Shown here: one piece after another, positions 27,641 to 41,800 of the stretch
Numbering within the stretch: position 1 is the stretch's first letter
Layout: each line of letters begins with the position of its first letter
Origin: Chrysomallon squamiferum
Lineage: Eukaryota; Animalia; Mollusca
DNA length: 64,000 nt
Direction: 5' to 3'
NCBI GenBank assembly: GCA_012295275.1
Contig: CM022675.1
Span: 15,190,001-15,254,000 of the forward strand
Notes under the pieces: model-generated
Databases searched by the model: none
What the model saw: only the letters and a program-made list of their open reading frames with translations
What the model was told of the DNA's origin: nothing
Made by a program: the position numbers and the translations under genes

Positions 27641-28800
27641 CGTTTCTATGTTTGTCACGCTGGTCGGACTAATGACCGCAGAGCATTTGTCAGTAATAAT
27701 CTAATTAAACTGCTCACAGTACTGAGTTCCTCCTAAGTGCAATCAATTTACCACTTGTCAACGAAAAACTACGTAACAGATATTAAATATCATTATTTAT
27801 TTCTAGGTACATAAACAGATGTATATTCATTTGTTTGGTTGGTTTTTTGTTTGTTGTTTTTGTTGTGTTTTTGTTTTGTTATTTTTGTTGTCGTTGTTTT
27901 GTTGTTGTTTTTTTTGTTGTTTTTTTATCTATTTCTCTTTTTAGTGACATGTTTTACTTGTCCATCATGGGAAAACAAAACAAAATTATACAATATCAAA
28001 GATAATAAACTTTATTTTCATTCTTTCCTAACGGCAAAAGATAAAATAAATGAAAAAATATTTGGTTACATAAAATATTATATTAAATTGAAATTATTAT
28101 ATTAATAAAACGGGAAAATTGCTGTTTAAACTTTAGCAGAAATGAATAGAAGGTAAACACTTATAAAAAAGAAAGATTTTTTATTTTGTTATAATTCAAA
28201 ATAGATCGTATGTTAAATTATCATGGTCATTTCACAGTGATGATTGTTGTCAACTTTGGTTAACCAAGATCGGATATTAAAGAGATGAAGCTAAATAATT
28301 CACTTTTTAAATCTCATATTCAGTTAATATGATTTAAGATTAATTTATCTAAGTTCTCACTGGTTTTATTTATTAGTTCTTGTTTCATCCAGGCTGCGCC
28401 ATGGATTTGTCTGGTGGACAGAGAATATAAAATACCCTTGTTGTTAACTGATAATAAAATTCACAGTGTCTAAAGGCACTCTGATACCTTATGATATTAA
28501 AAACAAAACAACAAAACACACATGAGAGCTAAAAACTACGAATCTAAAATTGTCATTTATTACACTGATGATAATTAAAATTTGTACTAAAGAGAAAATA
28601 AATTTACTAATGAAAACAGGTAATGATATATGTAATTTCTCAGTTAATTATAACAAGTATATGCAATGTTAACAGAATAAAAGCGAAATGTAGACATTTG
28701 CAATATATTATTGTTATTATAGTTTGTATTTACTTACCTACTTACATGACACGTAGATAAAACACCTAAATAAATATCTACTTTGTTTGAAGAGTTAATA

Positions 28801-28867
<67 letters not shown>

Positions 28868-29409
28868 CATTATTATTATTATTATTATTTTGTTACATTT
28901 AATTTTATTTCATTTCAGTTAACTGTTATTTCTGTTTAGATTAACCGAACATGGGCTGAATTATAAACATACTTTTAAAAGACACCACAAGAATTCTTCA
29001 GCCAGTCTTATTACTGTACAAGTGAGGTCTAGATTTAAGTTAATATGTTCAGAGTAAAGTCCCATTTTTCAATATTGTGTAAGTGCCTGACTGTCACTAT
29101 TTTTATAAACTACATTAAGCTGTACAATTCATGTGATGCTTTTTGGTTACTAGTGTTTTGGAAGATGAAACGTTTATTTGATAATCGATATTTCTCACAG
29201 TCGGGCGTGTTTGCTTTTCCTGTTGAATCAAATTAATTCATAGATAATTATAAATAAATGTTCCGTGGAAACAGATATTCAGAGATGAATATTGAAAAAT
29301 GGTGTGTAGTGTTATGCAATGAAAAAAACTAACAATGCTTTTTTGTTCAGCATAAATCTGAAACTTAGAGGTAATTTAAAATAATATTATGCTTACGATT
29401 TATTAGTTT

Positions 29410-29419
<10 letters not shown>

Positions 29420-29460
<41 letters not shown>

Positions 29461-29504
29461 CCTGGTTAATATGTGCGTGGATGTACAGTTGTGTGACCGT
29501 GTGT

Positions 29505-29553
<49 letters not shown>
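29420..29553. repeat. (GT)n and (GA)n microsatellites
   Basis: Directly visible. Confidence 0.9.
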
Positions 29554-29559
<6 letters not shown>

Positions 29560-30076
29560 TAGGGTATGTGTGTAAAGTGTGTCTGTATTTGCGTTCCTTG
29601 TTTTGGAGGTATGCGATTGTGGAATGGGTATGTATATATGTATGTGTATGTAAGTTATTTATCAAAAGCTCCTGTAATAAACTGTTTTCATTTGAGCAGG
29701 AATTTCATACAGTGAAGTAATTAACATTGCGATTCTTCAAATAGGCGTTTTTCCTCCAGTCTGAGAGAGACGTTATTCGTCTTATTCTAGCAAATGTACG
29801 ACGTCAAAGACTAACCTCAAATTGTCAAGACACTATTATAACTAAAACTGTGACAACATCGCAAACTGGAATAATATCTGACCAACAAATAATTAGTATA
29901 ACACACGACTTGTTTGTGCACACATTACAAGAATTGTAATACTGTTATTTATTATTATCTTTATTCGCAGTCTCTCCAACGTAAACAAAGTAATTTGCAA
30001 ATGATGATATTAAATAAATCTCCATCCACTTAGCATGGCCTGCAACATTTTATTTTATTAATGTTTTATTTTTGTC

Positions 30077-30123
<47 letters not shown>

Positions 30124-31983
30124 CCTAATATTAATATTTTTTATTTTATTATTAATATTTTTATTACTATTATTTTATTAATTTATTTATGTAATTATAA
30201 ATATATGTATATGTATTTCCTCAAATATTTGGGGTTTTTAGCGCTTTGAAAATATTCTTTTATGATTAGGGTAACTGGCAAATTCCTACAAATGTCATTA
30301 CTGTTCATTACTACTCGTAAGTGATGGTGAAGGCATCAATCTTAGCAGGAAAAGGAAAAGAAAGTGTTAGTAGATGATAATGTTCTTACTTCACCAAATA
30401 TCTTTCTCTCTATTACTGATTTTATTACGTTATCTGCTTTAATTATGTCTTGGGTTCTTTTCTTTTTCTTTGTTTCTTCTCTTTTATTATTTTTTATTTT
30501 TTTTTTTTTTTTTTTTGTTGTTGTTGTTGTTGTTGTTTGTTGTTTTGTGGGTTTTTTAAAAGTTTTTTGATTTGCTGTTTGAAATGGAACGATGCATACT
30601 AATCGGTAGAGGATTTTCACCTTTGACAGTGCGAATAAAATAAAAGATAATTTTGTGAACTTGTTAGTTGTGAAATAATAATAATAATAATAATAATAAA
30701 TAATAATAATAACAACAACAACAACAAAATAATAATAAAAATAACAACAACAATAATAATAATAATAATCACTGTTGTTGTGTATGTCAGTTTTCATTGT
30801 CAATGATAAATCTAGTAATCGACTCATTTTCTTTATGTGAAAGACACTCAGTCTGAAGAGACGTTTTCCCTTATCTGAACATTTATAAGCATGCCTTAAA
30901 CCTTTCAAAAACTATTTCAAAACACGATTTAATTTCTTACTTGTACCTACATAACAGGTATTTCTTTTGCTCTTTAAATATATAGAATCATAAAAAAAGA
31001 ACATATGTACATACACAACAGCAGTTCACGGACATACATATATACATTTGCGTAAATACACAACATAAAACAGATTGTTTGAAGAAACCTGAAGAGTTTC
31101 ATGCTGTCAGTAATATTTCGTGTAATAACAGAATAAAAAAACAAAATCAATATAGAATGTGATAAAATTACTAAAGCTAGGTCATGTGTAACTATTTACA
31201 GCTGTTACGAAATTTAATAGTAGTTTTCATGTAATAGAGATATTGTTCGTAACGTATAGTTAGTTCTCTTTTCATTTCTTTTTCATTTTCGTTTCCCTTC
31301 TTATTTTTTACTATTATTACCAGTTTTCTGGTCATCTTAACTAAATTAATGTTATTCATTGTGGGGTACGTTTTTATCACGGATTTACCGTGTAACTATA
31401 TGAAAATAATATTTATTTTAAATAATACCTATTTAATTAAGAGATAGATCAGACATTCAATGCTAAATAAATACAAATTTACTAAGCTTATTGAAAGTAT
31501 TTTCTAAAACTAGGATTAAAAAAATTGATAACAGCTCGCTTTGTGTATCACAGCTTACTGCGTTAGTCTGTCAAACTGATTGGTACCATGTATATGCATG
31601 CGTTCATGTATGGAATATTTATTTATTTATTATATGTAAACAAAAAAGGAAAAGAACAACATAATGCCTGACTTGTCAATATTTGCAAATGTAAAACAAT
31701 GTCTCCTGCTTGCTTACATTTCACTCTGAAGATATTTAATAGATAATTAAAAGGTAATCTCGGTATTTAATTATTGGTATATTTTTTTTTTAAATTTTAT
31801 TGACAGCTTTGAAAAGAGATATATTTTGTATATGCTAATACTACTTACTTATAACAGTAGCAATAGAAGCAATATTGGTAAAAGTAGTAGATATAGTAGT
31901 AGTAGTAATAGAAGTAATAGTAGTAACAGTAGCGCTAATAATAGTAGTAGAAATGGTAGTAGTAAGAGTAATAACAGTAGCAC

Positions 31984-31984
<1 letters not shown>

Positions 31985-32067
<83 letters not shown>
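31985..32067. repeat. (TAG)n microsatellite with degenerate flank
   Basis: Directly visible; source of the poly-Ser and poly-Val ORFs. Similar runs lie at ~5507-5555 and ~18140-18370. Confidence 0.92.
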
Positions 32068-32069
<2 letters not shown>

Positions 32070-32865
32070 TTGCTGTTGTTTTATAATTATTGTTATAGCA
32101 ATCGTTGCCGCATTATTTTTTTTCTCATTCGTTCATTCATCTACCATACGGTACAGGTTCAATAAATAACGACACAACTTGCTGCAGCTTAAGCTGGTCA
32201 ACAGCTGCTAACAGAAGTAAAAAGTCATTGGTACTGACTAAAATATAATAAATAAATTTACAACCACATAGGCATTCGTAAATTTTGACATAAATCATTG
32301 ACAGCTGATATATGTCGTTATCATTTCATTTGAGACATTTATTAACCTTAAATATTTTCTTGAAGGATTTATATATTTTATTTGTTCAAATTATTCCCGA
32401 TATATAGCATTTCAAATAATTTATACAGGTTTCAAAATAATCCGCCGATTTCATTTTCACAACACATGGTGAAATTATATTGAAAATCAATATAATAATG
32501 CGACTACAATAGATATAGAAATATCAAAATGTCGCAGCCAAATAAGCTTCTACTCGAAGCAGAATGAGATAAATATTCATCAAGTAACATGAAAACTTGC
32601 ACTTCTGAAAGGTAAACATTTTTGTTTTTCAAAACATATTTATTTTCCTTGACTTTGATTTGTTTTAGTATAGTTAGTGATGAGGGTTGTAAATGTTATA
32701 TACTATGACAATGACAGACATTTCTCTGACATTCTGTCTAATCATTTGCCATTATGTTCTAGAAAAATCAGTTTAATGTGCCATCATAGACAAAGGTTTA
32801 TACAATAATAATTACAGTTTGATTAATTCATATTTCTCTTTGCCTTTATTTATTTATTTATTCAT

Positions 32866-32920
<55 letters not shown>

Positions 32921-33475
32921 GTAGTAGTAATAGTAGTATTACTACTATAAAATGTGTGATGGTTTTTCTGTAGTCAAAGATTAAAATGTGTACGGAAGTA
33001 CAGATAATTTATAGGTTACAACCATTTTAACAAAATAAATAAAAAATCATTTGATTATACTGGCTTCTTACCAGTTAATTTCTAATCTTTATTCTCTAAA
33101 ACTGAGGTGTAGTTTTTATGAATTATGTAAAATGTTCTATTTTGTTTATTCTTTGTTACATATTTATTACAATTGTTGTTGTTGTTGTAATTTTTTTTAG
33201 GCTTTTTTTTCAGATAAATAGATAGATAGATACGTATCAGTATAATTTTATATAATAACTGAATCATATATGAATATTCTTTGGTTTTGTTTCAGGTTCA
33301 TTGTAATAGCAGTGTTATGGTGAAAAAAACCTAAGTTTTGAAAGTAAATTACACAAGAATTAAATTAAGTTTCTTGGTGATAATCATTTAATATAATTTA
33401 AAAATATCTGTATATGAACTGTAAAGAGATTTCATAACCGAATATTGAAAAAAAAAAAAGAAGACTACATACAAA

Positions 33476-34435
33476 ATGATTTTAAATACTAGAAAAATTA
33501 TTTTTCTAGCAACCCTGGTGTCCATGTTTCTATTTTCATATCTTTATCTGCGACTACTAAAAAAGATGAGTGTTCACAGCTTTATCAAAATGGTGGCTAA
33601 CAGAACAGCAGCATCGTTCGGCTCTCTAGGAATCATGTGTAAAGATTCAGCTTATGCACATTTCCCATTAACCGATGGTTTCAACACGTCTAGTGTGTGG
33701 TACATACCAAACAAAAATAAACTTGAAAATGACAAGCGTCTGAAATTCTATTTCCCACACATGAACACAAACGATCAAGTAATGATGCTTATAACTTTGG
33801 ACAAATTTATGGAAACTTGCAAGAAAGGAAATCTCACCGCCTTTTTATGGTCAGGATCTCTTCTAGGAGCTTACAGACATCATGGAATTATTCCGTGGGA
33901 TGACGACCTGGATGTGATCGTAGTCGAACGTAATCTAACCAAGGCTCGAAATGTGTTGACTAATGTTCCAGGCTACGAACTGTTTTCTCCTAGAGATTTC
34001 CAGTGGAAGTTTTATATGAATAATCTACCATCTCTTACCGGTTATAAATTCAAGTTCCCTTTCATTGATATATTTTTCTTCCAGGAAAATTCAACTCACG
34101 TCTTTGGTTTGTTTTCTGGTGTAAAGGGCTATGTTTATAAGAGAAATGAAGTGTACCCACTGAAGCCTCGCATATTTGAAAACCGTTATGTTAATACGCC
34201 GTGTAAAATAGAGAAGTTTGTGAGATCGTACAAATATAATAACTGTGTATCCCTGTATTACCTGCACAAAGAAAACAGGTCACTTAAATATATTTCCGTT
34301 CCTTGTTCGCAGTTATACGAAATGTATCCATTTGTTTTCAGAGAAAATGATACACGTCCTGGGTATGTTCGCGAAATACTCAAAGTTGGAAATCAAACGC
34401 TCAGAACAATTTCTGTTTCTCAGGAATGTCTCTAA
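33476..34435 (+). CDS. LicD/fukutin-related family phosphotransferase (nucleotidyltransferase fold), type II membrane protein, single coding exon, 319 aa
   Basis: Long open ORF with an N-terminal signal anchor IIFLATLVSMFLFSYLYL, the LicD motif GSLLGAYRHHGIIPWDDDLDV, and downstream FPFIDIFF and YPLKPRIFE motifs. A 5'UTR acceptor TTTCAG ends at 33295; AATAAA at 34538-34543. Confidence 0.92.
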   Translation: MILNTRKIIFLATLVSMFLFSYLYLRLLKKMSVHSFIKMVANRTAASFGSLGIMCKDSAYAHFPLTDGFNTSSVWYIPNKNKLENDKRLKFYFPHMNTNDQVMMLITLDKFMETCKKGNLTAFLWSGSLLGAYRHHGIIPWDDDLDVIVVERNLTKARNVLTNVPGYELFSPRDFQWKFYMNNLPSLTGYKFKFPFIDIFFFQENSTHVFGLFSGVKGYVYKRNEVYPLKPRIFENRYVNTPCKIEKFVRSYKYNNCVSLYYLHKENRSLKYISVPCSQLYEMYPFVFRENDTRPGYVREILKVGNQTLRTISVSQECL

Positions 34436-34750
34436 CAAACTGTAATCAGAGTTATGAAATGAATTTTTTTTTTTTTTTGATTCCACAGTTAATTCTTTAG
34501 TAGAATTTTAACATCTTTATGCTATCACATCTGCTGTAATAAAAGCAGTGTTAGTAACAAGTAAATAAATAAACTAAAACCCAGACTTGTGATTTTATAT
34601 TATATTATTACCATTATTATGATTATTATTATTATTATTATTGTTGTTGTTGTTGTGGTTGTTGTTGTTATTATTATTATTATTATTGCTATTAACAGTG
34701 ATAAGACAAAAAAAATGTATATATGCGCATATGTTTATTTCTGTGTATAT

Positions 34751-34753
<3 letters not shown>

Positions 34754-34847
<94 letters not shown>
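34754..34847. repeat. (CT)n microsatellite
   Basis: Directly visible. Confidence 0.95.
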
Positions 34848-34849
<2 letters not shown>

Positions 34850-35763
34850 CCTAATTCGAAATAGTTAAATCTGGATTTGAAACAATTTTAGGAATTTTGA
34901 TAAATTAATTAGAATTTAAACAAAAGAGCACATTACAGTAGGCAAACCTGTTTTACCTAGGAACACCACTAAAGAATTATGTAAACAAGTACAATAATAT
35001 CAGACATATTTGGGCAATAGATATAAATTCATTTTGGCTTATATAGCGTTTAAAAGATTTTATTTTAATATTAAGATGGGTAGCTTTTTATGCTAATGTA
35101 TTTAAATGTAAAACTACATACGTATAGAAAAGATACATATATTGCGAACATTATAAAATATAACAATGAACAAATTCAGCCTTCTCTAAATTATTTCAAA
35201 ATACAATAAATTATAACCACGTTAAAATGTTTTTTCCCCAGACAAATATTTAAATCATTACAAGTATATTTATTTCAAAATGTTCAAAATTAAATTCTAT
35301 CCTACTTCCATTCATGTTCAGTTAATTGAAGAGCAAAAACTAACGAAAACCTATCATACATCGCAGTAGTTCCCACTTCTTTTCTTTTATTTCCAGAACT
35401 TATTATAACAAATCATACATATATAAACTCTGTCACTTTGATCCATCTTCTTTCTTCCATTTTCCACGATCTACAAGTGTCAGATTTCCATACTAGGTAA
35501 CGAAAAGAATCTGGTAGTACTGTGAAAATTTAATATCAGTTATTTAAGATCTGTAACAACCAGCGACATGATCTGATAATGTTAATATAACACGAATCTG
35601 ACCACATCGAATGTTGTGTCCTAGTGAACCTCTGAAATTATTAATATTAACTTACAGCGAAGTAAAATATAAATTCAGCGACTTAAGACGTTATAGCTGA
35701 AACTGCCAACACTTTTGATCGTAACCAGTTTTTTCTTTTTATTCTTTATTTCTTTATTTCTTC

Positions 35764-35796
<33 letters not shown>

Positions 35797-37546
35797 TTTT
35801 TTTTTTTTTTTTTTTTTTTCAGTCTTAACAAATTTCAACAAATTTTCTCATATATGTAATTTTCATAGACACGCCTTAAAAATGTATTTCTAGGACTGGA
35901 CTTTAACAGTGCAAGTCACGATGTGCACGCCACATCTACAGTGACTCACTCGCTTCACAGAGAAGCGGGCCCAGGTGTCATCGATCATATCATTAACCAA
36001 GTTCGCCACCTAACGCACTTCGACTCCACTCAGTCTGCACTGCAAGTGCCATACATACAAAGGTAAGTCTCCGGTTATATTAATAAATCGGAAATTTCTA
36101 TGGAAACTGGATTAAAAAAAAATAACCTCACACTTCATTTATATCTTTGTTGATTACTATATATAATCGTCCAACCCTCCGAGTGTATAAATCAATGTTT
36201 AAAATGAGCAGTTATGATTGAAATTAGCAATATCTCTGCTTTTTAAGACTCAAACAAAAAAACAAAAAAGTAAAAAATAAAAATGAAAATCCCATTGAAT
36301 ATGAATAACAAATAAGTCAGCACAAGGAACGATAGTATTCTGAAATATCGACATTTAAAAAGAAAGAAAATTAACTTGAACATTTTAAAAATAAACACCT
36401 TACCTTCATGAACTGACTAAGATGCTGTACTGACAACTATAAAATAAAATGTTCTTATCTAATCATACTTATTTGTGGATGGACACATGTATGAACGTTT
36501 CGTTGTGTGCGTTAAAAGGTTTCTGAATGTGAACGAGTGGAAGCGTGTCTTTCTCGTTTGCATTTAGTGTAAAAACATTCTTATTAATATGTACACTGCA
36601 TCGTTCATGTTGTCAGGACATTAGATTCATTGTATTTGTAAATAGTTTCATTTTTAAAATCCTGTAATGAAATATGCAATTTATTAATATTATATAAACA
36701 TCGATTTATAGCTGAAACATAATTATATCAAATTTACACGAAGGAATGGTAAGAGTTTTGTCCCTTAGACAAGTCTATATTTGGATATTAGAACGGCTTA
36801 CTTGAAATACAAAATGTTATTGTTAAAGAATAAATATACTTTTATTACTTCTAGGAGTTTCTTTGCTTGTTATCTATAGTGGATAATAATTAACATAATT
36901 AACATGTAAATATATATCCTATTATTATGTAACGCAGAGTTTCCTAGTATATAAAAGCAAACATAGTTATGCTTTGTTTTTACTCATTTCAGAATTAATT
37001 TTAATCAACGATAAATTACGAAAAATTAATTGAAAACATAGTAATCTTTAAAATGTTTTTCGAAAAAAAAGAAGAAAAAAAATGTTTTACACATCCAGGT
37101 TATTATTATTATTTTTTTTTATTATTATTATTTTTTTTTTTTTCTTAATTCAAAAACAAAATATGATCATAAAAATACTAATATTACGAAATATTCGAAG
37201 GTTGCCATTTTACACCTTCTCTACTGCAGTCTTGACATCATCACGCACCTGGCGAGTTTATAATTGCAATTTTTTTTTTTTCTGACAAAGCTAGAAGAAA
37301 CCTGAGTAGAGCAAATCGGGCCTCCATGTGACGGTTAAAGAAAAATAGAGCAGACAAATAAACCAGTTTCCTCACTTAAACTTTACTCGTTTTTCTTCTA
37401 ACCTTGTTATTAAATAAGACTGAGTGGGGAAAAAAAGAATTATAAATGCATAAAATAAACACATTAGCAACGGTACACTTTAAAAATCATTTCATATTTG
37501 TCCGTTTACGTATATTTAAAATGTTACATTTTTATATGTTAACGTA

Positions 37547-37609
<63 letters not shown>

Positions 37610-38854
37610 TAAATCAAAGTTCGTCTAATTTTATGTATTTTATTTTAAGGTAAACTGATTGAGTGATTGTTGGAAATCTTTTTTAAAAAGTTAGCACTGG
37701 TATTTGCATGTCATTCTGCATAAGCAGCTTTGAATTTTAAATAATAATTCAAAATGTTTTATTCGAAGACTAAAGATATGAATACAAAAGTAATATATTT
37801 TTCATACACGCACATACAAACACAAGACAGATACATACCCACAAGCATAGATACTTTCATTTAAAAAATTAAAAAACAATACAGTTTATCAAACAAAGGC
37901 AAAGGGCTTCAGAAAATTGCATCCAACAAAAAGAAACAAAACAAAATTTCTAGACTTTTTATAAATATTTTGAACAAAAGCAAACACACACAAAAAAGAA
38001 GAATCGAAGGACACTTCGCTGTAGACAAGTGACCGGTAAGACTATCACCTCAGCGTGTTCTCATGCATGACAACAAACAGGGCGTTTCTTCAGAAACGTT
38101 AGATGTCGTTCACTGACAGACATGTCTCCACCGTATGCCAGTTGACAAAGGGACATCCCAAACACATATTTATACTGAGAAACAAAAGAAAATCATACCA
38201 CCAAGTCACATGCGTCATACTAAATGTTAAGGCGAAATTAAATAAATGTTGCCCCTGCTACTGCCCATCTACTTGTGCAACTGGTCCTATTATCACCAGC
38301 ATTACTACTAATCCTGTTTCTCTTTCTGCTGCTAATACTGACTGTAGGAGTAGTATCACTATTATTACTTTTGCTTTTGCTATAACTAGTACTGCTATAA
38401 TTACTTTTTCTACTGCTTCCAGTTTCTCGCCAGTTTACTGTAGCATAATCATCGACAGCAAGAACAACAAAATCAACAATAATAATAATATTGTGTTTTT
38501 ATTAAATAAAGTAATTCTAACAGCTGAAAACCAAATATAAGCATTATGGCTATTTTGTAGATGTGGTGAATTTCTTTTGCTTTTCAGCATCCAAATAAAA
38601 CTTCTGAAACGTCTAACGTGACCTAGAATGGTTCAGAAAAGGTAAATAATTTGCATGCCGTCACCCCTCCCAGTCAGTGGAATGGCTCCTGCATAATTAC
38701 ACCAATATAACTGGGATGAAAAAACAACGAACTATAATACACCTGCTACAGTGACTGCTCAATAAACAATAACAAAGACAACTTTAAGTTTTGTATCCAT
38801 GACTGAAAGTTGCGCATGAATTAGAGTTTAATAATTTTTCACAATTTGAACCAA

Positions 38855-41800
38855 ATGTCCAAGAGTGTAGATACTAGTGGATTCTGTTCCGTTTTGAGAA
38901 AAATAATGTCCGAGGAAGTGGATGATCTGAGAAGTGCCAACTTCTGGCGAGCGGTATTCGCTGAATTTCTTGGCTGTTTTCTACTCGTGCTGACAGGTAT
39001 TGGATCCGACCTGCACGAGGAGGGGACTGTTCACCACAGCACAGTTCATCTCATTCTAGAAGCGGGATTTTTTATTGCAGTCATCATATCAGTACTAGGA
39101 CACGTCAGCGGAGCACACGTCAATCCTGCAGTCAGCGTAGGATTTGTTGTCACGAGGAATATAAGCATTGTTCGGTTCCTATTTTACGTCATAGGACAAT
39201 GTGCTGGATCCATATCAGGTGCCGCACTTCTGAAAATACTGATCCCCCAGTCAATGAGAGGAAATTTTGGTCTTTTGGCGCCAGCGAAAAATGTGACACT
39301 GGAACATGCTCTGGTTGTGGAAATAATAACAACTTTCTTTTTACTCCTTACTATTTTTTCTGTGTTAGACCAACTCAGGACGGATTTTCAAGGATCAAAA
39401 CCTTTAATTATTGGCCTAGTTGTTTGTACCAACATTTTCTTTTCAGTAAGTATTTTTCTGACAAATGCAACGTCTTCTTCTTTTGTTTCAATATTCTGCT
39501 TGTTGTTTTATACAATCTGCAATCTGCAATTCATTATGCAATCTGCTGCCTGTAATAAATAAAAAGGTACTGATAACTGTTGAAGGATAGTGGACACACT
39601 CATGCCTGTATACATTTATAAATAAAAAAATGTTAGGCTTAACTTTATTCAGATGAACAAAGATGCATATTAAAATATAACTTAAATGGTGTGGGCAATG
39701 GCATTAGTTTTCCTACAGAATGAAACTCGATTAATAACTCTTAAATGTTGAAATAGTCTCCGTACAAGAATTTTCTTTTTTAATGACATACTTTACGATT
39801 AACGTATTCTAGTTTTAGCCTTAACTTGTTTGAGATAATTATATTGTATTTAGGTCATTTTGTTCTTTTGCAAGTTGGCAGTAACACTAAACAATTGTCA
39901 TATTTGCCAAGGAAGAGGTTAATTCTGATACTTCTACTAACTTTATATCAGGAATTCATCAGAAAATATGTTCTGCACATCTCTTCATAGAAATGTATAC
40001 CTTCTATACCTTCTATAATTTCACCTGTTATAACCTTCAAGTGTTTTGGTCAAGGTGAGTGTTCCCCGTTCAGTATTTTTCTTGAGCCTCAGATACAGCA
40101 TTTCTTGTTGTTGTTTTTTTTGGGTTTTTTTAAAATTATTTTCTTGCGGATTTCAGATGAATTTAGTTTTGTTTAATTTAATCTGTGAGTGAGCCCATAT
40201 GTTGGGTTTTTATTTCTATTTGGGCCACGGTAGAAACAGATCATATTTAATTGTTTTGAGCTCAGTTTACATTGTAAAATAACTAAATAAGTAATCTGAC
40301 TAAAGTACGTGACAGATAAATGTTGTGGACAGGTAAGTAGATAGTACGATCTCTCTCTAGATAATTTTCATAATGTATTAAAACTACTGAGATTTAGTTC
40401 AGTCCATACTGTCTACACCAAAATTCAACGAACATCTTTTTAAAATAGTAATTAATGGTTGGAAGAAACTAAATCAGAAGATAAACAGATTTACGAAATG
40501 ATTAACATTATATTTACTTAAATCGACAATACCCCGCAAAGTAACACAGCAAATCATTATTAAAAATATCCCAACCCCAAATGTTATTTTTTGTGGCGAT
40601 GATGATTATGTTTTTCTTTACAATGAAATTCATTTCATTTAAAAATCTTATTCCCCTCAAATATAGTGTCTCCTTTTCTGGTATTATTTGAAATTCTAGA
40701 CTGAAAGTTTAGATCAACGTGAATTATTTACTGTTGTGTTCAGTACCAGGTATCATTTATCACACCTCATGTGCAAATAACACCCAGACAAAGTCCGCGA
40801 CAGAGAAGTCATAAACATTTCTCCAATACACAACTCTGCTGCATCTAAATCTGAGAAATCATTCACGTTGGTACATTCACTGTTCCCTTTTATTTGTCTT
40901 TTCTTCTTTTAGGTAGTACTTATGTTTTGTGTAAAACCACCAAACCCACCAAAATACTATACAATGGAAAACTGGGTAACAAAGCTAGAGAAAATCCCAT
41001 TAAGGTCACAGACTTTGGTTGACCAGATAGATTTCTTTCAACTTCACTCATGTTCATGGGTATTTAACAAAGAAAAAAGAATGTGAATGAGACGAAAGGC
41101 AATCTTTTAACGTGATGCTGAGTTCAGATGTGTACGTGGCTGTTTCAAGTTACAGCTTCTGTATCTAGTTTTAGTAGGATGACAGTAAGAATTGAGAACA
41201 TTTAAAAAACTAAAGTTAATGTGAGAATGGAACAGGGTGATTCTTTTGTCAGCATTGATATTTTAGATCTGGGGTTTTCAATGTTAGAAATCTTTGAACA
41301 ATAAAAATAAATAAATAAATAAATAAAACCAAGAAAATGTTTAACTATGCCAGTCCAGCAGATATACATTCTATTCTGTGTATGTCCTTCACAAATAGAG
41401 TTCAAATAAAAAAATAATACAAAACTCGTTCCACTAATGTCGCTGGATCTTGAAATCAGGAATATCAAAATACATTTGACTACATTCAATATTCAAGAAA
41501 ATGCAAACATCTTTAATTAAAATAACCACCAAATGTTATAGAATCTTATCTGGTTTCACACATATTTTCGCGTCTCGTAATAGTATCAAATAAATATTAA
41601 TAAAAAAAATTATGCATAAATATTTCTGCAGGGACATATTTCTGGGGGATGTATGAATCCTATACGTAGTCTCGGCCCCGCTGTTGTTACTGGTCAGCTG
41701 GAATATCAGTGGGTAAGTATGTTAACAACATTTTCTTATCCGCACCTTCTTAAACATTATAATAACATCAATATACCTTTAACTGAAGACCAAATATTTT

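Noticed and set aside
38103-38540. 145-aa ORF upstream of the aquaporin
   Set aside because: Largely a degenerate (ACT/GCT)n tract with no recognisable domain or splice support.
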